Below are positions 18,019 to 26,390 of a DNA stretch of 32,000 bases, piece after piece; the stretch's first letter is position 1; each line of letters opens with the position of its first letter. The notes under the pieces were generated by a model. That model worked only from the letters and a program-made list of their open reading frames with translations, did not search any database and was not told the origin of the DNA. The stretch is from Citrobacter sp. Marseille-Q6884 (GTDB lineage: Bacteria > Pseudomonadota > Gammaproteobacteria > Enterobacterales > Enterobacteriaceae), in the NCBI RefSeq assembly GCF_945906775.1, contig NZ_CAMDRE010000002.1, positions 741,513 through 773,512 of the forward strand, written 5' to 3'. Made by a program: the position numbers and the translations under genes.

Positions 18019-18906
18019 ATGGCCCGTTCACGAAACATAAAGCCAGGCTTTTTCACCAATGATGAACTGGCTGAATGCTCTCCATATGCCCGCCTACTTT
18101 TTGCCGGGTTGTGGACTATAGCTGACAAAGAAGGGCGATTGGACGATCGCCCAAAGAAAGTAAAAGCAATGGTGCTGCCTTTCGATGATGTGGACTGCAA
18201 TGATCTGCTTCAACAGCTTCACAGCCATAAATTCATCAACCGATATCAGGTAAATGGTGATTCATACATCCAAATAAATAACTGGAAGAAGCACCAGAAC
18301 CCTCACTGCAAAGAAGCTGCTAGTGAGATACCAGAACCAGTAGAGAACAATGACAGCACCGGACAAGAACAGTGCAAGGACGATAAAGAGGAAGACAAGA
18401 AGGATACTGATGAACCTCAAGTCATTGAAAATAATGAAGCACCAGAAAAGCACCATGCAAGCACAGTGCAAGAACAAGTAGAGAACAATTTAAATCCTGC
18501 TGATTCCCTTAACCTGATTCCTGATTCCCTCATTCCTCATACTGATTCCCTTTCTAACACCCAAGCCGCTGATGCGACTTGCGAAGGGTCTGAGGCTGAT
18601 GTCCATAAAATTTCAAGTCGCTATGCATTCGAAGGAAATATCGTTCGGTTAAACCACAAGGACTACGAAGCCTGGAGACGCCTGTATCCGAACATTGACC
18701 TGAAGTACGAACTGGAAAAGCTGGATATCGAATTTAGCCATGAGAAGCCAAAGAACTGGTTTATCACTGCTAGCCAGAAACTTAGCTACCAGAACAAGCA
18801 AGCGCTATCCAGACCGGTACGCAAGGTTGCTAATGGCCTTCAGTCTGAAGGTTTTGCGTCGAAGGACTACGGAAAAACTGAAATCCCATCCTGGGCTCAG
18901 GAGTGA
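18019..18906 (+). CDS. replication initiation / replisome organiser protein (functional analogue of lambda O)
   Basis: 295-aa ORF after cII. The N-terminal NIKPGFFTNDELAE..PYARLLFAGLWTIADKEGRLDDRP pattern recurs in phage replication proteins. The gene contains an internal iteron array and is followed by a DnaC-like loader. Confidence 0.7.
   Translation: MARSRNIKPGFFTNDELAECSPYARLLFAGLWTIADKEGRLDDRPKKVKAMVLPFDDVDCNDLLQQLHSHKFINRYQVNGDSYIQINNWKKHQNPHCKEAASEIPEPVENNDSTGQEQCKDDKEEDKKDTDEPQVIENNEAPEKHHASTVQEQVENNLNPADSLNLIPDSLIPHTDSLSNTQAADATCEGSEADVHKISSRYAFEGNIVRLNHKDYEAWRRLYPNIDLKYELEKLDIEFSHEKPKNWFITASQKLSYQNKQALSRPVRKVANGLQSEGFASKDYGKTEIPSWAQE
18499..18552. repeat. iteron array (candidate ori) inside the replication initiator gene
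   Basis: TGATTCCCT occurs at 18501, 18522 and 18543, plus TGATTCC at 18515, at about 21-bp (two helical turns) spacing. An AT-rich, acidic-coding stretch flanks the array on the left. Confidence 0.6.
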
Positions 18907-19760
18907 ACATGACACTGGACGAAAAGATTTTCTCTCTGGAAAAGATGCTTTCAGAGCTATCACAGCCACCGTTAGAAATTCCAAACAGCACTGTTGAGTT
19001 TGATGATGCCACCTGCGAAATACATGGACCGTTTCAACAGCGCCGACGCGTATCGACTACGCACATAAAAATACCAACCGTTCCGTCTCGTTGCCCTGGT
19101 TGCATTCGGGATGAGCTAATCGAACTACAGGCTGAAAAAATTCGCATCGATGAGGCATCTCGCAAGAGAAATATCGAAATGCTGATGGAGGCGTTAGACA
19201 TACCAAGCCGTTTTTTGTTCTGCACCCTACAGAACTACGAGCCAGTAAACGACGATGCTCAACGCGTTCTGAAAGTCTGCCAGGCGTACGCTAACCGATG
19301 GCCTGAGCGATTGAAGAAAGGTGGTGGACTCGTAATGTGTGGCAAGCCTGGAACCGGTAAGAACCATCTCGCTTTTGGTATCGCTCGGATCGCCATTGCT
19401 GAGCATCAAAGCTCGGCTGTATTCACCACCGCTCTGAAAATTGCCCGAGAGTACAAATCAACCTGGTCGAAGGGTTCAACGCGCACTGAAGACGATGTGA
19501 TCCGCTACTTCACCAAGCCAGACCTGCTGATCATCGATGAGGTAGGGGTACAGTTCGGAAGTGATGCCGAGAAGCTGATCATGTTCGAAATCATCAACAC
19601 CCGATACGAGCGCATGAAGCCAACCATCCTGATTAGCAACCAGACCAAAGAAGAACTGGCAGCATTCATCGGTGAGCGCGTCATAGACCGCATGAGCGAC
19701 GGCGGTGGCTGCACTCTGTCATTCACCTGGGATTCATACCGATCGAAGGGGGCCGCATGA
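18903..19760 (+). CDS. DnaC/IstB-like AAA+ helicase loader
   Basis: 285-aa ORF with GTGA overlap with the initiator gene. Walker A CGKPGTGKNHL and Walker B DLLIIDEVG. Confidence 0.85.
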   Translation: MNMTLDEKIFSLEKMLSELSQPPLEIPNSTVEFDDATCEIHGPFQQRRRVSTTHIKIPTVPSRCPGCIRDELIELQAEKIRIDEASRKRNIEMLMEALDIPSRFLFCTLQNYEPVNDDAQRVLKVCQAYANRWPERLKKGGGLVMCGKPGTGKNHLAFGIARIAIAEHQSSAVFTTALKIAREYKSTWSKGSTRTEDDVIRYFTKPDLLIIDEVGVQFGSDAEKLIMFEIINTRYERMKPTILISNQTKEELAAFIGERVIDRMSDGGGCTLSFTWDSYRSKGAA

Positions 19761-20167
19761 TGGACAGCTTAAAGCAACGCATTCTCGATTACGTATCAGC
19801 CAACCAGCCCGCCAAGGTTGACCTGATTTACAAGGAGCTTGGCATCTGCCGTAACCGGTACTACGAAGAGGCTAAGCAACTCCGGTTCATGGGTATGTTA
19901 CGCAGCGTACCGGGTATCGGTGTATTCCCCGGAGAAGATGCTTATCAGCACTGGCTGAAAAATGGCGGCTACGAAGAAATCCGGCAGCGCGCTGTCGATG
20001 CAAATCTGAGTAGCCAGGAAGCGAAGGGGATGAAGAAACCGCGTAACAGTGATGACCCGAAGATGTTCGGACCATACGACCCGGCGAAGAATGGAGTCGT
20101 TGCAGAGTTCATGCAAAGCGATGCGAGAAAGCGGCTGATGATGGTTTACGGGAGATTAGGAGCATGA
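19757..20167 (+). CDS. hypothetical protein (136 aa), possible winged-helix N-terminus
   Basis: ORF with ATGA overlap with the upstream gene. No confident motif. Confidence 0.55.
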   Translation: MMDSLKQRILDYVSANQPAKVDLIYKELGICRNRYYEEAKQLRFMGMLRSVPGIGVFPGEDAYQHWLKNGGYEEIRQRAVDANLSSQEAKGMKKPRNSDDPKMFGPYDPAKNGVVAEFMQSDARKRLMMVYGRLGA

Positions 20168-20463
20168 AAGAGACACGTAACACGCGAGAAATCATTGAGC
20201 AGGAATATAACGAATTTCCCGAAACCATCCTCCACGCTGAACTGTGCCGCGCATGTGCTCGCGTAGACGGTCGCAGCATCAAGCAGTCACTCAAGGCATT
20301 TGCTCTGGCACGTATCGAAAAGGTTGAGAGCAAGCCGCTTAAGGGCGCACTGGAGCAGATGGCATCCAGCATGTTTCCAGAGACAGAGATAGCCCGTATC
20401 CGCGCCTGTGTAGGCCGCATGGAGTCGGCACTGGTTAAGACATTCGGAGTGAAGCGAGCATGA
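20164..20463 (+). CDS. hypothetical protein (99 aa)
   Basis: ORF with ATGA overlap with the upstream gene, followed by twin terminators. Confidence 0.55.
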   Translation: MKETRNTREIIEQEYNEFPETILHAELCRACARVDGRSIKQSLKAFALARIEKVESKPLKGALEQMASSMFPETEIARIRACVGRMESALVKTFGVKRA

Positions 20464-20497
20464 CTGAAGCCTACATAGCAGAGCTATCTGCAAGCGT

Positions 20498-20521
20498 GGC
20501 CGTGATAGTCGGCCTTTTTTA
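20498..20521 (+). terminator. intrinsic terminator (first of a tandem pair)
   Basis: GGCCG-TGATAGT-CGGCC followed by TTTTTTAT. Confidence 0.7.
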
Positions 20522-20548
20522 TGCGATACGCAAAAACATCGATTAACA

Positions 20549-20572
20549 GGCTCGCATCGCGGGCCTTTTTTA
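20549..20572 (+). terminator. intrinsic terminator (second of a tandem pair)
   Basis: GGCTCGC-ATC-GCGGGCC followed by TTTTTTAT. Confidence 0.7.
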
Positions 20573-20585
20573 TGAGGGTAGGATT

Positions 20586-21041
20586 ATGAGCGTTAAACGT
20601 TATTGGTCATACGCTGGCGGCGATTCCTCAATGCAGGAAACGGAAACCGGTAATTACGTGAAGTACGAAGACTACGCATCACTTGAAAGAAAAAACATTG
20701 AACTGGCAGTACAGATCGCTAACGCCGAGAGCAAGTGCAGGGAGCTGGCAGGGGTAGTTGCTGAGAACGCTGATTTAAAATCGCTGATTGAACAGCATGC
20801 AGGCTCTATCGCTGTATGCCCAAATTGCTCACATGAAGAGCCGAGCGAAACTGACGACATAGTAGCGCTTTATCGATCAATGGAAACCCCGGGCACCAAA
20901 GTTTTCATAGCTGAAGTGGGTGCTCAGGCTGTGGAAGCATGCGCAGAGTCATTACTGTCAAATGACGATATTGGCATTAACAGCGAGTATGCACTGATGC
21001 GTGACTTCGCCGCCCAACTTCGCAAAGGAGCCGCGCTATGA
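20586..21041 (+). CDS. Ead/Ea22-like protein
   Basis: 151-aa ORF with a GAGGG SD. A coiled-coil segment is followed by ...TPGTKVFIAEVGAQAVEACAE...FAAQLRKGA, a pattern I associate with Ea22-like prophage proteins. Confidence 0.55.
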   Translation: MSVKRYWSYAGGDSSMQETETGNYVKYEDYASLERKNIELAVQIANAESKCRELAGVVAENADLKSLIEQHAGSIAVCPNCSHEEPSETDDIVALYRSMETPGTKVFIAEVGAQAVEACAESLLSNDDIGINSEYALMRDFAAQLRKGAAL

Positions 21042-21604
21042 GCAAGTCAATCGCAGATGGCGCAAAACTGACGCCAGAAACATTCGCTGATTTTATTGAG
21101 CGTCTGAAATATCACCATTGCGGAGAAGGTGTTAGTCGCCATATCACCGCCGACCCAATTTTCATGGTTCAGAAGGAGTCAACAATTTACGGTATGGACA
21201 CCGATTATTGCGATGGCCGTTTCGTAGCGTTCGAAGATAGCGTCTGGTTTTCCCCGCAAGAATACTGGGATGACCTGGACGATGATGAACAGGCTGATCT
21301 CAACGCTGAATGTGAGGAAACATACGACACGCCATTCACAGAGCTTTGTGAAGATACTCAGTGGTCTGTTCTAGAAGATCTAGAAAATCACACTGTAAGC
21401 GGGTTCAAAAAAGAATGGCAGCACGTAAACGCGCACCTTACCAGAGAGGCTGCGGAGGCGTTCATTCGACGAAAACAACACGACTACCCACCGCTTCGAG
21501 TTTACGTCGAAAGCATGTATTTCGGGTGGGAGTATCGGGAAATCATCAATGCTCTTTGTGATGGACGCTTAGTTCTCGCAGATACCCAGGAGGCAGCCCA
21601 ATGA
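21038..21604 (+). CDS. hypothetical acidic protein (188 aa)
   Basis: ORF with ATGA overlaps at both ends. No confident motif. Confidence 0.6.
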   Translation: MSKSIADGAKLTPETFADFIERLKYHHCGEGVSRHITADPIFMVQKESTIYGMDTDYCDGRFVAFEDSVWFSPQEYWDDLDDDEQADLNAECEETYDTPFTELCEDTQWSVLEDLENHTVSGFKKEWQHVNAHLTREAAEAFIRRKQHDYPPLRVYVESMYFGWEYREIINALCDGRLVLADTQEAAQ

Positions 21605-22059
21605 AAGCACTCAACAAACAGGCGCTGCGTAGTCAGAGCGTTGAAGGTTCTTTTTACCTGGTCGAATGCTGCAATTGCGGTGAAATGTACCCAAGCAACC
21701 TTTTGGATGGTGGGGAGGCAATTGCTGACTCTGGAGATTACGGTGATTGCTACTGCCACCTGTGCGGAGCAGATGACACGGAACGTGCAGATTGGGGAGA
21801 TGTAAATTCGAATGAAGCAAAGGCGTGGAATTTTCAGCAGAAACGTATTGAGGCGCTGCTGGATGATTTGGAAGCCGCAGAGAAGCGCATAGCGGAACTG
21901 TCTGCTAGCCACAGCAAATTGCGCGACACAATGGCTGGCATCCACAACACAATCCGAATGGATGGCGGCTATACGCCACTGGCAGCAATACTCAATGCCG
22001 CTAAACGCGCATATGAAGAATCAGCCACCGCCGCTGGCATTGGCGTGAAGGGAGAGTGA
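21601..22059 (+). CDS. Cys-rich N-terminus plus coiled-coil protein, Ea22-like C-terminal half
   Basis: 152-aa ORF. CCNCG...CYCHLCG is followed by KRIEALLDDLEAAEKRIAELSASHSKLRDTMAGIHNTI. Confidence 0.55.
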   Translation: MKALNKQALRSQSVEGSFYLVECCNCGEMYPSNLLDGGEAIADSGDYGDCYCHLCGADDTERADWGDVNSNEAKAWNFQQKRIEALLDDLEAAEKRIAELSASHSKLRDTMAGIHNTIRMDGGYTPLAAILNAAKRAYEESATAAGIGVKGE

Positions 22060-22060
22060 G

Positions 22061-22336
22061 ATGGAAAACGTTAACTTTGTAGTGCAACTACTGAAGAGTG
22101 ACGAATGCGTAACGCTCATGGCCCACGCAGAAGTCAGTAAGGATGAGCTTATCGACGAAGCCATTCGCCAGGGTGAGATTGAAGAAGATGAGCGAGAACG
22201 CTTCGATAAGGCCGAGTTTTGCGCCAGCAAGTGGATGAAGGCAGTTCCGCGCGCTGGCTACTCAACCTACTACTACGAATCGCGTGAAGGTGTTCGCGGA
22301 GCATTCAAAGCAACCTGTCTACAGTATCTCTGGTAA
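22061..22336 (+). CDS. hypothetical protein (91 aa)
   Basis: The ORF starts 1 nt after the previous stop and is co-directional. Confidence 0.5.
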   Translation: MENVNFVVQLLKSDECVTLMAHAEVSKDELIDEAIRQGEIEEDERERFDKAEFCASKWMKAVPRAGYSTYYYESREGVRGAFKATCLQYLW

Positions 22337-22346
22337 GGACTAACCC

Positions 22347-23336
22347 ATGACAACTAACCACCCGGCGCACGGTCCCGTATCACTCGAGAGCCTGCACCAG
22401 ATAAGCGAAATACTCAGCAAAGCATCAGCACAAAGTGGCGGCGGTAATCTCGGCTACGCAATGGCTGATGCTGTGAAGGTGATTGATGGGGTAATAGCGA
22501 CAACGAATATAGAGCCAGTAGCGTGCATTGACCGAGCGAACCTTGATTACCTAGCTGACGGGTGTGACGGGCATGTATGGGCTACGTCATACGCTGAAAC
22601 CGGCGATGTTCTGCTCTATACCACCCCGATAACGCCAGCAGTGCCGGATGAAAAACGGGATGATGACGGTAGCGTTACGTCAGATTTCGACCACGGCTGG
22701 AACGCCTGCCGCGCCACCATGCTTCAGGGTGCCGATGGCAAGCCTGAGTTAACAGTCTGGTACGGTGCAATGCCGGAAACGAACGGCAAAACTAACTGGA
22801 CCGCTATGCTGCATCGCAAAGATCACCACCCGTGGGAAGGCATCACAATCGACCGTTCCGAGTATCCTGGCCGAGTACGCTATGAAGCTGACCGCATGCG
22901 TCACCTTATCGGTGAGCTGGCGGATAAGCCGGATATCCTAGCTTACGATTCAGATGCTCACAGCGGATGCGTTGAACCTGTAACGACGGCTTACAAGTTG
23001 CGCGATGCGGTGGAAATCATCCGCAACTCAGGAATAGAAATCGACGCTGAGAAAATCTTTGCAGAGCGTGACGTTCTCAACACTCCAGATTGTTGGTGCA
23101 GAACATGCCGGCCAGTTACCGTAACAGACATGCGATTCGTCGTCTGCCCTGATTGCGGCAACAAGCGCTGCCCGCACGCCAATGACCACCGGAATGCATG
23201 CACAGGAAGTAATGAGCCAGGGCAGGAAGGTAGCGCGTACCCAGCGGCACCGCAGCAGGAGGTGAAGTCAGCGCTTGAACATGGGATGCAGCGTTACGCC
23301 GGAGCTATGCAAAAACTGTCTGAAGGGGATAAGTGA
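22347..23336 (+). CDS. hypothetical protein with a C-terminal Cys-rich zinc-ribbon-like region (329 aa)
   Basis: Long ORF. The C-terminal region is CWCRTCRP...VCPDCGNKRCPHANDHRNAC. Confidence 0.6.
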   Translation: MTTNHPAHGPVSLESLHQISEILSKASAQSGGGNLGYAMADAVKVIDGVIATTNIEPVACIDRANLDYLADGCDGHVWATSYAETGDVLLYTTPITPAVPDEKRDDDGSVTSDFDHGWNACRATMLQGADGKPELTVWYGAMPETNGKTNWTAMLHRKDHHPWEGITIDRSEYPGRVRYEADRMRHLIGELADKPDILAYDSDAHSGCVEPVTTAYKLRDAVEIIRNSGIEIDAEKIFAERDVLNTPDCWCRTCRPVTVTDMRFVVCPDCGNKRCPHANDHRNACTGSNEPGQEGSAYPAAPQQEVKSALEHGMQRYAGAMQKLSEGDK

Positions 23337-23632
23337 TGGCTAACCTTCAACTGGCAGTTAACGGTGAATACTTCGACCAGATGAAGTCAGGAGAGAAGAC
23401 GGAAGAGTATCGCCTGGTTAATAAATACTGGTGTCGCAGGCTATCGCATGGTCACAACCAAAAGCTACCGCGACGATTTGATCGCCTTATTATCACCCGC
23501 GGATATCCAAAGCGTGATGATATGAGTAGGCGTATCGATGTCCCATATGCTGGATATGAAGTGAAGGTGATAACTCACCCTCACTTCGGGCCGGAGCCGG
23601 TTAAAGTGTTCGCTATCAAGGTGAATATTTAA
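23333..23632 (+). CDS. ASCH-domain-like protein
   Basis: 99-aa ORF. The N-terminal ...GEYFDQMKSGEKTEEYRL... and later ITRGYP pattern resemble ASCH/PUA-like phage proteins. Confidence 0.5.
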   Translation: MMANLQLAVNGEYFDQMKSGEKTEEYRLVNKYWCRRLSHGHNQKLPRRFDRLIITRGYPKRDDMSRRIDVPYAGYEVKVITHPHFGPEPVKVFAIKVNI

Positions 23633-23655
23633 TACTGGCGCAACGTCAAGCAACA

Positions 23656-23684
23656 TTACTCACCCTCAAAATTAGTGTTATAAT
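23656..23684 (+). promoter_or_regulatory. near-consensus sigma70 promoter upstream of the nin genes
   Basis: TTACTC (23656-23661), a 17-nt spacer ending in TGT (extended -10 TG), then TATAAT (23679-23684). Confidence 0.55.
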
Positions 23685-23837
23685 TAGGTCGCAGTCGGAT
23701 TGAGCACCCGGTTGTGACCTCTGCATCTGATTGGGAAATTAGATGCGAAACACAAAGAGTACTTCAAACCACCTGTCACAGATGCAGAAATGCACCTGCG
23801 ATTTTCTGCATTCTGCGTTACCTCTCGTAGGTGGCGT

Positions 23838-24287
23838 ATGAAGCAACAATTCCACCTCGTAAACGAATCCGTAAAGCAGAACGCCATCAACTACATTCGT
23901 GAGTTGCCGGTCGACGCTAAGCGTCCACTGATTCTCGACATCAAAGAGATGACCCGCACTGCTCAGCAAAACCGTAAATTATGGCCTCTGCTGAAAGACC
24001 TCTCCGATCAGGTTCTCTGGTTTGGAAACAAATACGACTCAGACGACTGGAAAGATTTGATAACCGCAATGGTCGCAAAGTCCAATAAGCAGGAGCAACG
24101 AATGGCTCCAGGTCTGGATGGCGGAATTGTGATGTTCGGTCAACGTACCAGCAAGATGACTGTGCGCCAGATGGTAGAAGTCATCGAGGCAATCTACTGG
24201 TTCGGCACTCAGCAGAACGTCAAATTCAGCGACAAGTCACGCATTGAAATTGAATGGGCTAAGCAGTGGGGTGATCGCAATGCGTAA
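23838..24287 (+). CDS. ninB: NinB (Orf-family recombination mediator)
   Basis: The track ORF starts at 23790. I prefer ATG 23838 (MKQQFHLVNESVKQNAINYI...), which aligns with the lambda NinB start. QNRKLWPLL, GQRTSKM and EWAKQWGDR mirror lambda NinB. Confidence 0.88.
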   Translation: MKQQFHLVNESVKQNAINYIRELPVDAKRPLILDIKEMTRTAQQNRKLWPLLKDLSDQVLWFGNKYDSDDWKDLITAMVAKSNKQEQRMAPGLDGGIVMFGQRTSKMTVRQMVEVIEAIYWFGTQQNVKFSDKSRIEIEWAKQWGDRNA

Positions 24288-24855
24288 ACCAACCAGCCGC
24301 AGCTGCAAAATCTGCAAGACCAAATTCACCGCTATCTACGACAACGTATGGTGGTGCTGTCCTGAGCATGGCTTCGAGTACAGCCAACTCCTGTTAGCCA
24401 AGAAGAAACTGGCAGCCGAGCGCAAGCGCAAGCAGGAGGCGCAGCAGGAACGCCGTGAGCTGAAGGTTAGGAAAGCCGCACTTAAACCTCTCAGCCACTG
24501 GATCAGCATTACTCAGCGCGTTTTCAATGACTACATCAGGGCCAGAGATGGGAAGGTTTGCATTAGCTGTGGCAGCAAAACCGCCATCAGTTACCACGCT
24601 GGTCACTACAGAACGACAGCTGCAGCATCTCAGCTTCGGTTCAATGAAGATAATTGCTCCAGCCAATGCGCCGCATGCAACGTTCATAAGTCAGGTTCAA
24701 TCACAGAGTATAGGTCTGGGCTTATCAAAAAAATTGGCCTTCAGAGAGTGTTGGACCTCGAATCAGACAGCCGAGTAGTGAAGTACACAAAAGATTCACT
24801 AGCGGAAATCCGTCAAACCTACCGTAAGAAACTCAAGGAGATCCTCAATGATTAA
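24280..24855 (+). CDS. ninG: NinG / Rap recombination endonuclease
   Basis: The chosen start (MRKPTSRSCKICKTKF...) overlaps the ninB stop. WWC.PEHG, ALKPLSHWI, CISCG and AGHYRTTAAASQLRFNE...C..CN.HKSG closely parallel lambda NinG. Confidence 0.9.
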   Translation: MRKPTSRSCKICKTKFTAIYDNVWWCCPEHGFEYSQLLLAKKKLAAERKRKQEAQQERRELKVRKAALKPLSHWISITQRVFNDYIRARDGKVCISCGSKTAISYHAGHYRTTAAASQLRFNEDNCSSQCAACNVHKSGSITEYRSGLIKKIGLQRVLDLESDSRVVKYTKDSLAEIRQTYRKKLKEILND

Positions 24856-25627
24856 GAGGAAATTATCTGTCACGTCTGGGCAGAAGTTCAACAGATTAAC
24901 TGTCGTGGATCCTTGCGTACGAAAAAATGGCGATATTTACCATTTCTGCCGGTGCGAATGTGGCGTTGAACGGCTTTTCCTCGCGCGAAATATTGAGAGC
25001 GGTAAGTCAAAAAGTTGTGGCTGTCTTTCCAGAGAGAAGGCCAAAGAGCGGGCAACGCATGGCCTTTCAAAATCCCCTATTTATATGACCTGGTCTCGCA
25101 TGTGTCGACGTTGTGATAACCAAAAGGTTGCTAGATATAAAAACTACGGCGGAAGAGGGATTAAGGTCTGCGAACGTTGGAAAAACTTTGAGAACTTCTA
25201 TGAAGACATGGGAGATATTCCAGGACCTGATTTCTCAATTGGGCGCATTGATAACGATAAAGATTATTGTCCTGAAAATTGCAGATGGGAGACAGCGGAG
25301 CAGCAGCAGAACAATACAAGCAGAACCATCTGGATAGAGCACGATGGCTTGCGCATGAGCTTGACTCAGTGGGCAAAGAAACTCAATCAGCCATATTCAC
25401 TCCTAAAAAATCGACATGCCGCAGGTTGGAGCGCCGAGGAGATCCTTTCAGATAGAAAGGACCAGCGTAAATTCATCACCTTCCAAGGCGAGACGAAGCT
25501 TACGACAGAATGGATGAGAGATTTAGGCATCCCCATTTCGTCGTTCTACCACCACGCCAGAAAAGGCCTAACCAAAGAAGAAATAATTGCTCTGTATGCA
25601 GGCAACGCGAGAGAGGATAAGTCATGA
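24848..25627 (+). CDS. Cys-rich DNA-binding protein of a widespread phage family (degenerate HNH/AP2-like core plus two HTH-like repeats)
   Basis: 259-aa ORF. F.RLTVV....(Y)..C.CECG......SGK.KSCGC...H.....Y..W..M..RC.N.....YKNYGGRGI.VC.RW..FENFY.DMG, then IGRIDNDKDYCPENCRW.T. The C-terminal half has two ...L(S/T)..(W)...LG...S......GW(S/T).EE(I/L) repeats. Confidence 0.6.
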   Translation: MIKRKLSVTSGQKFNRLTVVDPCVRKNGDIYHFCRCECGVERLFLARNIESGKSKSCGCLSREKAKERATHGLSKSPIYMTWSRMCRRCDNQKVARYKNYGGRGIKVCERWKNFENFYEDMGDIPGPDFSIGRIDNDKDYCPENCRWETAEQQQNNTSRTIWIEHDGLRMSLTQWAKKLNQPYSLLKNRHAAGWSAEEILSDRKDQRKFITFQGETKLTTEWMRDLGIPISSFYHHARKGLTKEEIIALYAGNAREDKS

Positions 25628-25818
25628 CCCGCACCGATATCGACAACTATCAGCGCTCGTCAGTAGAGCGTGCTACCAGGCTGACTCCTTACGCAAGAAG
25701 CGAAATAGCCCGTCTGGATGTTGAGACAGCAGAACTTCAGAAACGCATCGATCGGAACAACGAATTACGCCGTGAAATCATCAACCGCGCAAACATGAAC
25801 AAGGGGCCGTCAGCATGA
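25624..25818 (+). CDS. hypothetical protein (64 aa)
   Basis: ORF with ATGA overlaps at both ends, between the nin genes and Q. Confidence 0.5.
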   Translation: MTRTDIDNYQRSSVERATRLTPYARSEIARLDVETAELQKRIDRNNELRREIINRANMNKGPSA

Positions 25819-26315
25819 AACTGGAACTAACTGCAGATCAACATCGCTGGATAGATAACTGGCTTCACCTTTGGGGCGCGTGGGCTCAGACCGGTAAAAT
25901 CGACAAATCGATGATTAACATGATCGCCAATTTCATGGCGACAGTCGAAGGGCAACAATCCAGCCGACCGATGTGTAGTGATGATGATGGCATGCTGATT
26001 GATGCAGTGCTGCGTCATTACCTGAAGAACGTCGATGAAAACGCGTGGCGGGTAATTTTCGCTTACTACGTCTGCAACTCCAGCGAGATACGGATCGCCT
26101 CATGGCAGCATGCTGTCAGCAAACCACGCCTGATGAAGACCCGCGCCGGTAACCAGTACAAGCGCCCGAGCCTTTCTACTACTCGCAGAGAAGTGAAAGA
26201 AACCATCAATGCAGCGTTGTTCTGTTTGTATCAACCGCTGCAAAATGCTTTCAACGGTCGTGAAAGTGTGAGGAAAGTTGCAAAAAATGTTCACAACGTG
26301 CTTGCATTCCAATGA
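25815..26315 (+). CDS. Q: late-gene antiterminator Q (QuuD / phage-82 type)
   Basis: 166-aa ORF immediately upstream of the late promoter and lysis region. LWGAWA, SRPMCSDDDGMLID and YYV parallel E. coli QuuD (LERWGAWA...SRPQCCDDDAMII...YYV) from memory. Confidence 0.78.
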   Translation: MKLELTADQHRWIDNWLHLWGAWAQTGKIDKSMINMIANFMATVEGQQSSRPMCSDDDGMLIDAVLRHYLKNVDENAWRVIFAYYVCNSSEIRIASWQHAVSKPRLMKTRAGNQYKRPSLSTTRREVKETINAALFCLYQPLQNAFNGRESVRKVAKNVHNVLAFQ

Positions 26316-26330
26316 ACAAATGAGCATTAT
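26302..26330 (+). promoter_or_regulatory. candidate late promoter PR'
   Basis: TTGCAT (26302-26307), 17 nt, CATTAT (26325-26330), overlapping the end of Q. The position is as expected for PR'/qut. The sequence match is moderate. Confidence 0.35.
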
Positions 26331-26390
26331 ATTTAGTGTAGGTTGCCGTATTTGCGTTTAACCTATACAGACATGAAGCCAGAGGTAGTT

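Noticed and set aside
17946-18200. 84-aa minus-strand ORF.
   Set aside because: It is antisense to the start of the replication initiator gene, has no SD, and is Ser/Phe/Arg-rich. It is a shadow ORF.
20460-20546. 28-codon hydrophobic ORF (MTEAYIAELSASVAVIVGLFYAIRKNID) with ATGA overlap to the upstream gene. I considered a small membrane toxin or peptide.
   Set aside because: Its hydrophobic core is encoded by the stem-loop and T-tract of the first intrinsic terminator. It uses three ATA codons and one CTA codon. It is more simply explained as terminator sequence, although translation is not excluded.
23687-23775. Possible tRNA or structured RNA gene, because of a 7-bp terminal helix and internal hairpins ending near ...CCACC.
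   Set aside because: There is no T-loop (GTTCRANYC) or D-loop consensus and no cloverleaf with correct arm lengths. I treated it as leader structure instead.
26343-26390. TTG-start extension (MPYLRLTYTDMKPEVV) of the small ORF between Q and the holin.
   Set aside because: There is no SD before the TTG or before the first ATG (26373). The ATG at 26391 has AGAGG 5 nt upstream.
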